From Planctomycetaceae bacterium (GTDB lineage Bacteria > Planctomycetota > Planctomycetia > Pirellulales > Thermoguttaceae): a stretch of 64,000 nt of DNA. Positions 10,039 to 19,323 of the stretch are shown in pieces. How positions within the stretch are numbered: position 1 is the stretch's first letter; each line of letters opens with the position of its first letter. Below the pieces are notes generated by a model that searched no databases, was not told the DNA's origin, and saw only the letters and a list, made by a program, of their open reading frames with translations. The stretch covers positions 10 through 64,009 of the forward strand of contig JAIRYX010000448.1 in the NCBI GenBank assembly GCA_031267635.1, in the 5' to 3' direction. Both the position numbers and the translations under genes were made by a program.

Positions 10039-10574
10039 TGTTTTTCCTCCAGTGTCAACATAATCGGGTAATGGTCGGAAACGTCGTTGTTTTTGATTTG
10101 TATATCAAAATCAAACGGATTCATGTTGAAATCGCCTATTAAAACTGTTCCGTTGCTGTGATTCCATTCGGTTTCCCACCTGTTAATTTTATCTGCCACT
10201 CTTTGGGCAAACAATAGTCGCCCGCCGTCGTCATAATTCCTTTTGTCAAGTAAATGTAGCGTTACTAACAAAAAATGACCAACCTTTGAAGAAACTTTAT
10301 ACAGAACCACTCTTTCATTATTATCATCAACAAGGTTTATTTGACAATCGTTCTTTATTTGAAATCCCCAAATTTTCGATTCCTTTTGAATTGATGGAAA
10401 AATCATTGAAAAATTTTGACTGATTTTTTTCATCAAATCACTGGAACATTCCGCCAGAAATAATATATCCGGCGAGTTAATGCGAATTAACTCGCGCAAA
10501 AAATTTGCTTTTTCAAGTTCAGGAGATATTCTCTCTTTTTCTCTTTGATTGATATTCCAAAAAATGATTTTCAT
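10035..10574 (-). CDS. Minimal endonuclease/exonuclease/phosphatase (EEP) family protein
   Basis: 179-aa ORF carrying the ordered EEP motifs FWNIN, FLAECS, VTLHL, LIGDFNMNP and SDHYPI. It starts 3 nt after the rubredoxin stop. Confidence 0.7.
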   Translation of the reverse strand: MKIIFWNINQREKERISPELEKANFLRELIRINSPDILFLAECSSDLMKKISQNFSMIFPSIQKESKIWGFQIKNDCQINLVDDNNERVVLYKVSSKVGHFLLVTLHLLDKRNYDDGGRLLFAQRVADKINRWETEWNHSNGTVLIGDFNMNPFDFDIQIKNNDVSDHYPIMLTLEEKQ

Positions 10575-10577
10575 AAA

Positions 10578-10739
10578 CTATTCTATTGGCTCAAAATCGC
10601 TTTTTCCGACTCCGCAAACCGGACAAACCCAGTCGTCGGGAATGTCTTCAAAAGCGACGCCGGGAGCGATATTGCCGTCCGGGTCTCCGGCGGATTGATC
10701 GTAAATGTAATCGCATACGGAACATACGTATTTTTTCAT
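10578..10739 (-). CDS. Rubredoxin
   Basis: 53-aa ORF absent from the supplied track (under 60 aa). It reads [53 protein letters not shown], with both CxxC pairs and the canonical DDWVCPVCG motif. Confidence 0.9.
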   Translation of the reverse strand: MKKYVCSVCDYIYDQSAGDPDGNIAPGVAFEDIPDDWVCPVCGVGKSDFEPIE

Positions 10740-10875
10740 AAATTTTCAATCTCTCATAAAGTAAGGGAAAGCGTTTGTATTGCGAAACGTTGAAAAAATT
10801 ATTATAATCCATTTTGGGTGATAATGTAACCGCCCTCTGTTTTTTCAACACAACAAAAAGAAAAGAGTAACAATT

Positions 10876-11712
10876 ATGAAAAGACGAGATTTTCTAAAAA
10901 CTGCCGGAACTGCTGCGTGTGCAGCCGGAACAACCATGACCGCAGGAACAATGGCACAGCAATCTGCACTGGCGAGTGAATCTCCGAAAGGAAAAGCGAT
11001 CATCGAATTGCGAGTTTTCACTTGTGCTAACGCCGAAAAAAAACAAAAATTGATCGAAATTTTTGACGCGGCATTAATTCCCGCACTCAACCGCCAGGGA
11101 ATTGAACCGGTCGGATTGTTTGAAACTAACGCGGAACTCAACGACGGCGATAAAACTTACGACCAAGCAAACGATCTGAAAATTTTTCTCGTTACGCAAT
11201 TTATGACGACCGATCAACTTATTCAGGTCACGCCGAAATTACTCGCCGACGAGAAATATCTAAAAGACGCCGCGCCAATTTTTGAAGCCCCAATGAACGA
11301 TCCGGTTTACGATACCAGTGAAGCGTCGTTGTTGCTTGGGTTCGATCATTTCCCGCGAATTGAAGTGCCGTCGCTCGAAAAAGACCGCGTTTTGCAAATT
11401 CGGCTTTACAATAGTTACAACATAGAACGAAATGCTCGAAAGATTGACATGTTCGATGTCGGCGGCGAAATTGCTCTTTTCAGAAAATACGGAATGTTAC
11501 CGGTTTTTTATGGCGAAACGCTTGCCGGACGGATGATGCCAAACCTGACTTACATGCTCAGTTTCAAAAACATGGAAGAAAAAGTTGCCAACTGGCAAAA
11601 ATTCGCTACCAGCTCCGAATGGAAAACATTGAGCGGTAACCCGCTTTATAAAAACACCGCCAATAAAATTCTCAATATCTTGTTGAAACCGACTCCGAAA
11701 TCGCAGATTTAG
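10876..11712 (+). CDS. Tat-exported NIPSNAP-domain protein
   Basis: 278-aa ORF with the twin-arginine motif MKRRDFLKTAG. Two NIPSNAP-like halves are present (IELRVFTC... and VLQIRLYNSY...). Confidence 0.65.
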   Translation: MKRRDFLKTAGTAACAAGTTMTAGTMAQQSALASESPKGKAIIELRVFTCANAEKKQKLIEIFDAALIPALNRQGIEPVGLFETNAELNDGDKTYDQANDLKIFLVTQFMTTDQLIQVTPKLLADEKYLKDAAPIFEAPMNDPVYDTSEASLLLGFDHFPRIEVPSLEKDRVLQIRLYNSYNIERNARKIDMFDVGGEIALFRKYGMLPVFYGETLAGRMMPNLTYMLSFKNMEEKVANWQKFATSSEWKTLSGNPLYKNTANKILNILLKPTPKSQI

Positions 11713-11778
11713 AATTATTTCTCTACTGTTCCGTGCTGATAAGTTGGCATGATTTTATTCTTAAAAATAACCAAAATC

Positions 11779-12110
11779 GTAACTATTCAGTTGCCCAAGC
11801 CAAATAAATCCGCACTTGGGCAACTGTAGAGTTACCCGAACGACTTTACCATTGCAGCCCTTATTTATCAAATTTCCCTTAGTAGCCAACAAAGCCCCCA
11901 AACGCGCCCTTATGTTTTGGATCATGAATTTTTATCAAAAAAAACTTGAACGAAAAATATAAGAGAATAAAAGGGCACATATTGGTGCAATTTGGGGTTA
12001 CTAAGGGAATTTTATAAATAAGGGCTGCAATAATATGTTCCGGTAAGATTGACAGTAGCTATACAGTTACCCAGTGCGGATGTATTGGCTTGGGACGACT
12101 GAATCGTTAC
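11779..12110. repeat. Family-R1 composite palindromic element (modules B-C-C'-B')
   Basis: The left end GTAACTATTCAGTTGCCCAAGCCAAATAAATCCGCACTTGGGCAACTG includes a perfect 12-bp stem (11788-11799 with 11815-11826). Inner ATTGCAGCCCTTATTTATCAAATTTCCCTTAGTAGCC is mirrored by GGTTACTAAGGGAATTTTATAAATAAGGGCTGCAAT. The right end mirrors the left. Confidence 0.85.
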
Positions 12111-12117
12111 CAATTTT

Positions 12118-12867
12118 TTATTTTTCAAAAATCGGTTTAAGGAACGGCTCAACAGCATTGCCCCAAACGACATAGCCGTCGTCATTCGGATGCAACGAAT
12201 CCGGCATGATGGATTTCGGCAATGTCCCGTCTTCTTGCAGGAATAAATAACCAATATCCACTAGCACGACATTGTTGAGATTAGCGAGAAGCTTCGGTAA
12301 ATAGGCATTGATTTCGTTGACTTTCGCACGCAATCTTCCGTCTGGTTTTTCATCGCGCGGGAAAACATACAACACGAAAATTTTTGCGTCGGGATACAAT
12401 TTTTGCAGTTTTTGCACGATAGCCAAAACACCATCCGCCGCATCTTTCGGCTGGCTGCTGCCGTGACCGATATTGTTTGTACCGATCATGATCGTTATCG
12501 CTTTCGGATGAATTGCATCCATCGGCGCATTGTCCAACCGCCAAAGAACGTGTTCGGTACGGTCGCCGCTGAAACCAAAATTGAGCGTCTTTCTGTCCGC
12601 ATAAAATTTGTCCCAGATTTGTTTATGCCCTTCCCAACCGTGCGTAATCGAATCGCCGATTAACAGCAAATCAATATCGCCTTTTTTCATCTGTTCGACT
12701 TTTTCAACAAATCGGTTTTTCCACCAGTCTTCTTTATTTCGGTCTTGTGGAATCAAGGCAACGCTTGTTTCTTGGGCATAAACCGTCAATGTCAGAGCAA
12801 ACAACATTGCGGCAACGAAACCGGTTAATGAAATTCGTTTCATCAAACCATCTCCTTTTTTCTTCAT
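12118..12867 (-). CDS. SGNH/GDSL-family hydrolase (secreted)
   Basis: 249-aa ORF with LLIGDSITHGW (block I Ser), GTNN, and the DSLHPN (DxxH) block. It has a signal-like N-terminus. The start may instead be the internal Met at 12843. Confidence 0.8.
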   Translation of the reverse strand: MKKKGDGLMKRISLTGFVAAMLFALTLTVYAQETSVALIPQDRNKEDWWKNRFVEKVEQMKKGDIDLLLIGDSITHGWEGHKQIWDKFYADRKTLNFGFSGDRTEHVLWRLDNAPMDAIHPKAITIMIGTNNIGHGSSQPKDAADGVLAIVQKLQKLYPDAKIFVLYVFPRDEKPDGRLRAKVNEINAYLPKLLANLNNVVLVDIGYLFLQEDGTLPKSIMPDSLHPNDDGYVVWGNAVEPFLKPIFEK

Positions 12868-12960
12868 TTTTTATTGTTGAACTTACAGATGTTCTCATCG
12901 GAACATCCACAGATTCTGATTATGACAGAATCCCAAAAGAATTGCAAGTAGTAAAAATAC

Positions 12961-13277
12961 TGCTCATTTCACATTTATAGGTATTTTACGTTGAAAAATG
13001 TCAAGCGAAATTGCGTGGCTTTGTATTACAGTCAAATTTTCCGGAAAATATTACTACTTCAGCCCTTATTTTTCAATGGTAGAATTTGTTGAAAGTGGGG
13101 TTTTTAGAAGTTCCCAACAGTTGCCCAGTGCGGATTTATTGGACTTGGGAAACTGATGCCATAGTTTTCTATTGCGTATTCAAAATATTGTCCCCCAAAA
13201 AACGAAATCATCAGTAAAAATATTTGTACCTATTCAGTTGTTCAAACCCAATAAATTCACACAGGGCAACTTTGTAC
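12961..13277. repeat. Family-R1 composite (TIR-bounded 12961-13214 plus an adjacent B-like hairpin)
   Basis: Starts CTGCTCATTTCACATTT and ends CCCCCAAAAAACGAAATCATCAG, which is the inverted TIR. It contains module E (TAGGTATTTTACGTTGAAAAATGTCAAGCGAAATTGCGTGGC), a half of module D, and module B variants. Confidence 0.75.
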
Positions 13278-13495
13278 TAGGGACTTTGGGAACTCGATTT
13301 GGGGATGTTTAAGCAACTTTTTTCAGGGGAGTTTTAGCTGTTTCCAATGTTATTGGAGTCCTAATTGTTCCTTCCATCACTGAAACGCTAAACTTTCCAA
13401 CTGTCGCTCATTGGAAAAGAGCGTGAACAACCATGTAGCAAAATCATCAAAAAAGGTGAGACAATCAACCATTCCCGTTAAAAACATTAAAACCA

Positions 13496-13523
13496 TTGAC
13501 AATTTCGGCAATTTATATAAAAT
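13496..13523 (+). promoter_or_regulatory. Candidate sigma-70 promoter of the sulfur-carrier cluster
   Basis: TTGACA (13496-13501), a 16-nt spacer, then TAAAAT (13518-13523), about 50 nt upstream of the ATG at 13576. A small palindrome AGTATtctcATACT lies between the -10 and the AGGAG RBS. Pattern match only. Confidence 0.35.
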
Positions 13524-13575
13524 CTTTTATGTAAAATTTTTTGAGTATTCTCATACTTTTTCAGGAGCATTGTTG

Positions 13576-14442
13576 ATGGCGGCAATCGATTACAAAACGC
13601 TGAAAAACGGCGGTTTTATGCGACAGATTCAGAAAAATCGATTTTCGTTGCGGCTTAAAGTTGTCGGCGGGAATTTGACGGCGGGACAGTTGACGATTAT
13701 TGCTGAAATCGCTAAAAAGTACGGAGACGGACATGTTCATCTGACTTCGCGACAAGGGGTCGAAATTCCGTTTATCCATCTGGACAACGTGGACGCGGTG
13801 AAAAATGAGCTTCTCGAAGGCGGCGTGTTGACCGGCGTTTGCGGTCCGCGAGTTCGAACCGTAACGGCATGTCAGGGTTGTACGATTTGTCCGAGCGGTT
13901 GCATCGACACTTATCCGCTTGCCGTCGCTATTTCCGACCGGTATTTCGGACGCGAATTGCCGCATAAATTCAAATTCGGAATCACCGGTTGTCAGAACAA
14001 TTGTTTGAAAGCGGAAGAAAACGATCTCGGAATCAAAGGCGGTTATTTGATTTCGTGGCAGAAAGAGTTGTGTACGCTTTGCGGTGTTTGCGTAAAAGCG
14101 TGTCGCGAAAACGCAATTGAAATCAAAGGCGATTCGTTGATTCTTCACGAAGAAAACTGCAATCATTGCGGACGTTGCGTGAAATCGTGTCCAACTGACG
14201 CGTGGCAGGGAACGCCGGGATATTTGCTTTCTTTTGGCGGAACGTTTGGAAATCTGATTGCCAAAGGAAATCAAGTTTTGCCGATTATTTATGACGAAGC
14301 GGTGTTGTTTCGCGTGGCGGACGCGGCGTTGGCGTTTTTCTCTGAGTATGCCAAACAGAGCGAGCGTTTTCGTATCGCCGTTGACCGCGCGGGCTGGAAT
14401 AAATTCAAAAAGACAATGGAGCAAGCGTATGCCGGCACATGA
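13576..14442 (+). CDS. Small sulfite/nitrite reductase-like protein with a ferredoxin insert
   Basis: The start was chosen at the ATG preceded by AGGAG. The siroheme/4Fe-4S Cys motifs TACQGCTICPSGC and ITGCQNNC are present. There are two ferredoxin motifs, CTLCGVCVKAC and CNHCGRCVKSCP. Confidence 0.8.
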   Translation: MAAIDYKTLKNGGFMRQIQKNRFSLRLKVVGGNLTAGQLTIIAEIAKKYGDGHVHLTSRQGVEIPFIHLDNVDAVKNELLEGGVLTGVCGPRVRTVTACQGCTICPSGCIDTYPLAVAISDRYFGRELPHKFKFGITGCQNNCLKAEENDLGIKGGYLISWQKELCTLCGVCVKACRENAIEIKGDSLILHEENCNHCGRCVKSCPTDAWQGTPGYLLSFGGTFGNLIAKGNQVLPIIYDEAVLFRVADAALAFFSEYAKQSERFRIAVDRAGWNKFKKTMEQAYAGT

Positions 14443-14692
14443 ATCTCAAACAGAATATCCAATTGACGACACGGTCGATATTACCGATGTGGTTTGTCCG
14501 ACGACTTTCGTAAAGGCGAAAGTTGCGCTAGAGGAACTTGACGACGGACAGGTTTTATCAATTCGCATGAACGACGGCGAACCGGTCCAAAACGTTCCGC
14601 GGAGTATCAAAGAAGAAGGACATAAAATTCTCAAACTTCTCGATAATCACGATGGAACATACAATTTAATTGTTCAAAAAATCGGAGAATAA
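14429..14692 (+). CDS. TusA/SirA-like sulfurtransferase
   Basis: 87-aa reading from an internal ATG that overlaps the upstream gene by 14 nt. It has the conserved DVVCPTTFVKAKVAL Cys-Pro motif. Confidence 0.75.
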   Translation: MPAHESQTEYPIDDTVDITDVVCPTTFVKAKVALEELDDGQVLSIRMNDGEPVQNVPRSIKEEGHKILKLLDNHDGTYNLIVQKIGE

Positions 14693-14695
14693 TCA

Positions 14696-14920
14696 ATGTT
14701 TTTAACAGTTGCCGGAAATCAAAAAGAATACGAGAACGGAATAACGGTCGCCAAATTGGTGGAGTTGGAAAACGTCGAAACGCCGCAATATGTTACCGTT
14801 TCGGTCAATGACGACTTCGTTGAAAACGGAACCTTGGAAACGACTGTGTTGCACGACGGCGACACGGTGGAATTTCTTTATTTCATGGGCGGAGGAAACG
14901 CACGATCTATTTTATATTGA
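14696..14920 (+). CDS. ThiS/MoaD-family sulfur-carrier protein with a C-terminal extension past the Gly-Gly
   Basis: 74-aa beta-grasp-like ORF ending ...VEFLYFMGGGNARSILY. Seven residues follow the GG. Confidence 0.75.
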   Translation: MFLTVAGNQKEYENGITVAKLVELENVETPQYVTVSVNDDFVENGTLETTVLHDGDTVEFLYFMGGGNARSILY

Positions 14921-14986
14921 AGATTGATTGCAACAACGTCGTTACCAACACTTAACAATATTTCATCATTTCATCCATCACAAGCA

Positions 14987-15799
14987 ATGGCATTTTCCAA
15001 CGAACAATTAGAGCGTTATTCTCGACACATTATCTTGAAAGAGATTGGAGCGAAAGGGCAAAAGAAACTTCTGAACGGAAAAGTTTTGATTATCGGTGCG
15101 GGCGGACTTGGTGCGCCTGCGGCAATGTATCTTGCGGCGGCGGGAGTCGGAACGATTGGAATTGCCGATGCGGATAACGTTGATCTTTCCAACTTGCAGC
15201 GTCAGGTGATCCACACAACGTCCGACGTCGGCAAACCGAAAGTGGAATCCGCTTGCGAAACCATGCAGGCAATCAATCCTGATATTGAAGTCAAAACATA
15301 TCAAACGTTTGTTACGTCGGAAAACATTTTGGATTTGATTGACGGTTATGACTTTGTTCTTGACGGCACGGATAATTTTCCAGCGAAATTTCTTATCAAC
15401 GACGCTTGTGTGATTGCAAAAAAATCGTTTTCACATGCCGGTATCATTCGTTTTCAGGGACAGTTGATGACTTACGTTCCCGATTCGGGAGCGTGTTACC
15501 GATGCGTTTTCAAACAACCGCCGCCGCCCGACGCGGTGCCGACTTGCCGCCAAGCGGGAGTTGTCGGCGCAATGGCAGGCGTAATCGGCTGTTTGCAAGC
15601 GATGGAAGCGGTGAAATTTTTCATCAACGCAGGGAATTTATTGACCGGTTCGTTATTGACTTACAACGCGCTCACAATGGATTTCCGCAAAATCAAACTT
15701 CCAAAACCGGACGGCAAGTGTCCCGTTTGCGGCGAACATCCGACAATCTTGCAGCCGTTTGATTATGAACAAGCGGTTTGCGATTTGAAAGAAAAATAA
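14987..15799 (+). CDS. ThiF/MoeB/HesA-family E1-like adenylyltransferase
   Basis: Contains ERYSRHIILKEIG, a GAGGLG nucleotide loop, NLQRQ, and the zinc Cys pairs CYRC and CPVC. The ATG at 14987 is preferred over the TTG at 14924. Confidence 0.85.
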   Translation: MAFSNEQLERYSRHIILKEIGAKGQKKLLNGKVLIIGAGGLGAPAAMYLAAAGVGTIGIADADNVDLSNLQRQVIHTTSDVGKPKVESACETMQAINPDIEVKTYQTFVTSENILDLIDGYDFVLDGTDNFPAKFLINDACVIAKKSFSHAGIIRFQGQLMTYVPDSGACYRCVFKQPPPPDAVPTCRQAGVVGAMAGVIGCLQAMEAVKFFINAGNLLTGSLLTYNALTMDFRKIKLPKPDGKCPVCGEHPTILQPFDYEQAVCDLKEK

Positions 15800-15875
15800 C
15801 TTTTCGTCACCGTTCACGCTGAATTTCACAAGACATACACAATCTCTTCAAAAAGTCCGTGAACTTCTGCGTGTG

Positions 15876-16004
15876 CTGTAATTATCTTTCGTGGATTACA
15901 AAACATTACAGGGAACTTCTAAAAACCTCATTTTCAACACATGCGACCGTTGAAAAATAAGGGCTTACGAATATTTGGGGGAGGTTTTGGGAAGTTCCCT
16001 ACAG
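15876..16004. repeat. Family-R1 module D long hairpin
   Basis: GGGAACTTCTAAAAACCTCATTTTCAAC ... GTTGAAAAATAAGGGCTTACGAATATTTGGGGGAGGTTTTGGGAAGTTCCC. This is a nested inverted repeat flanked by ..ATTACAG / TACAG. Confidence 0.8.
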
Positions 16005-16019
16005 TTTAAGAATAACAAA

Positions 16020-16439
16020 ATGAATACGATACGATTACGCCAAAGCGATTACGCGAAAATCATTGACCATGCTAAAGCCGGACTTCCTTACGAGTCGTGC
16101 GGATTGATTGCGGGAACGGTTGACGGCGAAATTAAAACGGTTCAGCATGTTTTTCTGCTGACGAATATCGATCAAAGCCGCGAACATTTTTCGATGAATC
16201 CGCGAGAGCAACTGGCGGCAATCAAAGAGATGCGGACAAACGGATGGTCGCCGCTCGGCAATTTTCATTCGCATCCAGAAACTCCCGCAAGACCGTCGGC
16301 GGAAGACATTCGGCTTGCGTTTGATTCGTCGGCAAGTTACTTGATTCTTTCGCTTGCCGAAGTCGAACCCATTTTGCGGGCGTTTCATATTGAAAACGGT
16401 CAAGCGTCGGCAGAAAATGTTGAATGTATTAACGAATAG
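16020..16439 (+). CDS. JAMM/MPN+ metalloprotease
   Basis: It has the Glu in LPYESCGLI and the motif HSHPETPARPSAED (H-x-H-x7-S-xx-D). The ATG at 16020 was chosen because upstream codons lie inside the repeat. Confidence 0.8.
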   Translation: MNTIRLRQSDYAKIIDHAKAGLPYESCGLIAGTVDGEIKTVQHVFLLTNIDQSREHFSMNPREQLAAIKEMRTNGWSPLGNFHSHPETPARPSAEDIRLAFDSSASYLILSLAEVEPILRAFHIENGQASAENVECINE

Positions 16440-16541
16440 CCAAGTAAAAAATGGAATAACGTTTCAGCCGAACATTTTATGTTTTGAAAACCAACCGCTT
16501 CAATCTTTGCCGTACAACCGTGTTTTGTTTGAAAATTCAGC

Positions 16542-17363
16542 TTATTGAGCGAGTTCCGCGGAACGTTTGGTCGCCGCTTCGACAGCAGCGATGATGGCGG
16601 CACGAATGCCGTGTTCTTCTAATGCGTGGACTCCGGCGATTGTTGTTCCTGCGGGACTGGTAACGCGGTCTTTGAGTATTGCCGGATGTTCTTTAGTCTC
16701 CAGTACCATTGCGGAAGTTCCCAACAATGTTTGTGCGGCAAATTGAGTCGCTAACGCACGCGGCAAGCCCATTTTTACGCCGCCGTCGCTCAACGCTTCA
16801 ATAATCATACAAATAAATGCCGGACCGGAACCGGACAAGCCGGTTACAGCGTCAAGAAGTTTTTCGGGCAATTGTTCGGCAATACCGACAGTTTCTAAAA
16901 GCGTTTTCACCAGCGTCAATTCACTGCGGGAAACATTTTCCGATGCAGTAAACGCACAGGTTCCTTTGCCGACAAGACATGGCGTATTCGGCATGACACG
17001 CACAATTTTTACATCCGTTCCAAGATATTTTTGAAAAAACGCTAACGGAAGTCCTGCCGCAATAGAAACAACAAGTGTTTCCGACCAAATCTTTCTGGAA
17101 ATTTCTGTCAGTGCGCCGCTCATTTGTTGCGGTTTTACGGCAAGAAATAATACGTCTGCCTTTTGTGCCAATTCAATATTTGTGTGGCAAATGGACGCTC
17201 CGGTCTGCTCGACAAATCGTTCTACCGAAGCGGTAATTACGTCGCTTGCAAAAAGATGTTCGCCGGAAACAATCCCCGATTTTGTAAAACCAACAGCTAA
17301 TGCTGTCGCCATTTGTCCCGCGCCCAGAAAACCAATGACAGGCGTTTTGGCGTCTTCAACCAT
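16542..17363 (-). CDS. proC: Pyrroline-5-carboxylate reductase
   Basis: 273-aa ORF with IGFLGAGQMATALA (Rossmann fold) and the C-terminal VTSPAGTTIAGVHALE signature. Confidence 0.9.
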   Translation of the reverse strand: MVEDAKTPVIGFLGAGQMATALAVGFTKSGIVSGEHLFASDVITASVERFVEQTGASICHTNIELAQKADVLFLAVKPQQMSGALTEISRKIWSETLVVSIAAGLPLAFFQKYLGTDVKIVRVMPNTPCLVGKGTCAFTASENVSRSELTLVKTLLETVGIAEQLPEKLLDAVTGLSGSGPAFICMIIEALSDGGVKMGLPRALATQFAAQTLLGTSAMVLETKEHPAILKDRVTSPAGTTIAGVHALEEHGIRAAIIAAVEAATKRSAELAQ

Positions 17364-17452
17364 TTATTTCTCTCGCAAAATAATCTTGATAAAAACTTTT
17401 ACTCAAACTGCAAATTTTATTGACCACGAAGGTATGAAGAATCACGAAGTTT

Positions 17453-17560
17453 TATATTCCTTGCACTTTAAAATTCGGTCTTCATTAAAAAAATGAATTT
17501 GGGAACATGATGAACGAGGAACACTGTCTTAAAAAATGAATTTTCCAAGTGCGAGAATAT
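17453..17560. repeat. Family-R2 palindromic-ended element
   Basis: TATATTCCTTGCACTTTAAAATTCGG ... TTTGGGAACATGATGAACGAGGAACACTGTCTTAAAAAATGAATTTTCCAAGTGCGAGAATAT. It lies in the divergent proC/dapA intergenic region. Confidence 0.7.
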
Positions 17561-17653
17561 TGTACCAAGTTTCGGAATTTAATACAATAGCAAAAAATGT
17601 CGTAAACAAAGTGCAGTCTCTGTCTATTTTTTTGAACGGCTTGTGGTAAAATA

Positions 17654-18613
17654 ATGAAAAAATTTGTGAAGAAAATAAAAAATTCTTTTTTATCCACGAA
17701 ACCACATGAAAAATCACGAGTAGTTATGACGCGAAGTGAAGAATACGCCGGATTGTCGGTGGCGATGATTACGCCGTTTTATGAAAATGGAGAAATTGAT
17801 TTTGACCGGTTGCAGCAGCATGTCGAGTTTCAGATTGCCGCCGGAACAACAGCAATCGTGCCGACCGGAACGACTGGCGAATCGCCGACCTTGTCGCACA
17901 ACGAAAACGATCGCGTGATCCGCGCAGTTGTGGAAGCGGCGGCGGGACGAATCAAAGTGCTGGCGGGAACTGGTTCCAATTCGACCGCCGAAGCATTGCG
18001 GTTAACAAAAACCGCTCAACAATCGGGAGCAAACGCCGCGCTTATTGTCGCGCCATATTACAACAAGCCGACGCAGGAAGGTTTTTTTCAGCACTACAAA
18101 ACGATTGCCGAAGCGGTTGATCTTCCGATTTGTATTTACAACATTCCCGGCAGGACGGCAAAAAATATCGAGCCGCAAACGATTATCCGACTGGCGGAAT
18201 TTCAAAATATCACAATGGTCAAAGAGGCGACCGGGTCTCTGGATCAAGCGTCACAAATTATTGCGGAAACCGATCTGACTGTGCTCAGCGGCGACGACAG
18301 TATCACGTTACCGATTATGTCAATTGGCGGACGCGGAGTCATTTCGGTCATCGGCAATATCGTACCGCAAGACATGATCGCTCTTTGCAAAGCGGTGGAT
18401 GTGGGTAATTTTGTCGAAGCGAAAATGCTGCATTACAAAACATTTACACTGGCACGGGACATGCTATCGCTGGCAACGAATCCGATTCCGGTGAAAGCGG
18501 CAATGAAAATGCTCGGACGCGATACCGGCATTTTGCGGATGCCGATGACGCCGCTCGAAATGCCGCTCGAAACAAAACTTCGCAAAACACTAACCGATTA
18601 CGGATTGTTGTAA
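17654..18613 (+). CDS. dapA: 4-hydroxy-tetrahydrodipicolinate synthase
   Basis: Contains [29 protein letters not shown] and VKEATG (active-site Lys). The real start may be the ATG at 17726. Confidence 0.9.
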   Translation: MKKFVKKIKNSFLSTKPHEKSRVVMTRSEEYAGLSVAMITPFYENGEIDFDRLQQHVEFQIAAGTTAIVPTGTTGESPTLSHNENDRVIRAVVEAAAGRIKVLAGTGSNSTAEALRLTKTAQQSGANAALIVAPYYNKPTQEGFFQHYKTIAEAVDLPICIYNIPGRTAKNIEPQTIIRLAEFQNITMVKEATGSLDQASQIIAETDLTVLSGDDSITLPIMSIGGRGVISVIGNIVPQDMIALCKAVDVGNFVEAKMLHYKTFTLARDMLSLATNPIPVKAAMKMLGRDTGILRMPMTPLEMPLETKLRKTLTDYGLL

Positions 18614-18684
18614 AACGCCACCAATCCTTTTCTAAACCTCTCAACTCTTCAAATAATTTAAAATATTTATCATAAACGGAACTA

Positions 18685-19122
18685 ATGAAAATTTCAACAA
18701 AAGGAAGATATGCTTTACGAATGATGGTTGATTTGGCTCAACATCGCCATGAAGGGTATATCGCATTGAAAGACATTGCCAAACGGCAGGGAATTTCCAA
18801 GAAATACCTGGAGCAGATTGTCCCGTTGTTGAATCGTTCCGATTATTTGCAGACCAATCGTGGTTTTCAGGGCGGCTACATGCTAACAAAACCACCGGAC
18901 AGGTACACGGTCGGTGATATTTTGCGAGTTACAGAAGGAAGCATTTCTCCTATCGCCGGATTGGAATACGAACCAATCCACAACGACCGAAGCTCTGTCA
19001 AAATGATACTTCACGTCTGGCGCGGTCTCGAAAAAGTTATCGTAGAATACCTCGACAGTATCACGTTACAAGATATTCTCGACCGATATTCTGAAGAAGG
19101 ACAATATGATTATTATATTTGA
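18685..19122 (+). CDS. Rrf2-family transcriptional regulator
   Basis: 145-aa ORF starting MKISTKGRYALRMMVDLA, with a winged-HTH (IAKRQGISKKYLEQIV). Confidence 0.85.
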   Translation: MKISTKGRYALRMMVDLAQHRHEGYIALKDIAKRQGISKKYLEQIVPLLNRSDYLQTNRGFQGGYMLTKPPDRYTVGDILRVTEGSISPIAGLEYEPIHNDRSSVKMILHVWRGLEKVIVEYLDSITLQDILDRYSEEGQYDYYI

Positions 19123-19323
19123 TGTTCTCAAACGGTAAAACTTTTCCCATTGTTCTTGGCGTGATTGCTGATTTAGTGCAATTGGGATTGGATTAAAAGC
19201 TACAATTATTGTCTGTTTCTTGGAGATTTTTCTGTCGCCCCGCCGACTCGTGGAAGCTTTCCACGAATCGACGAATTTGCTCAAAGAAAACTGAACTACC
19301 ACTATTTTACAGGAAATTTTCTC

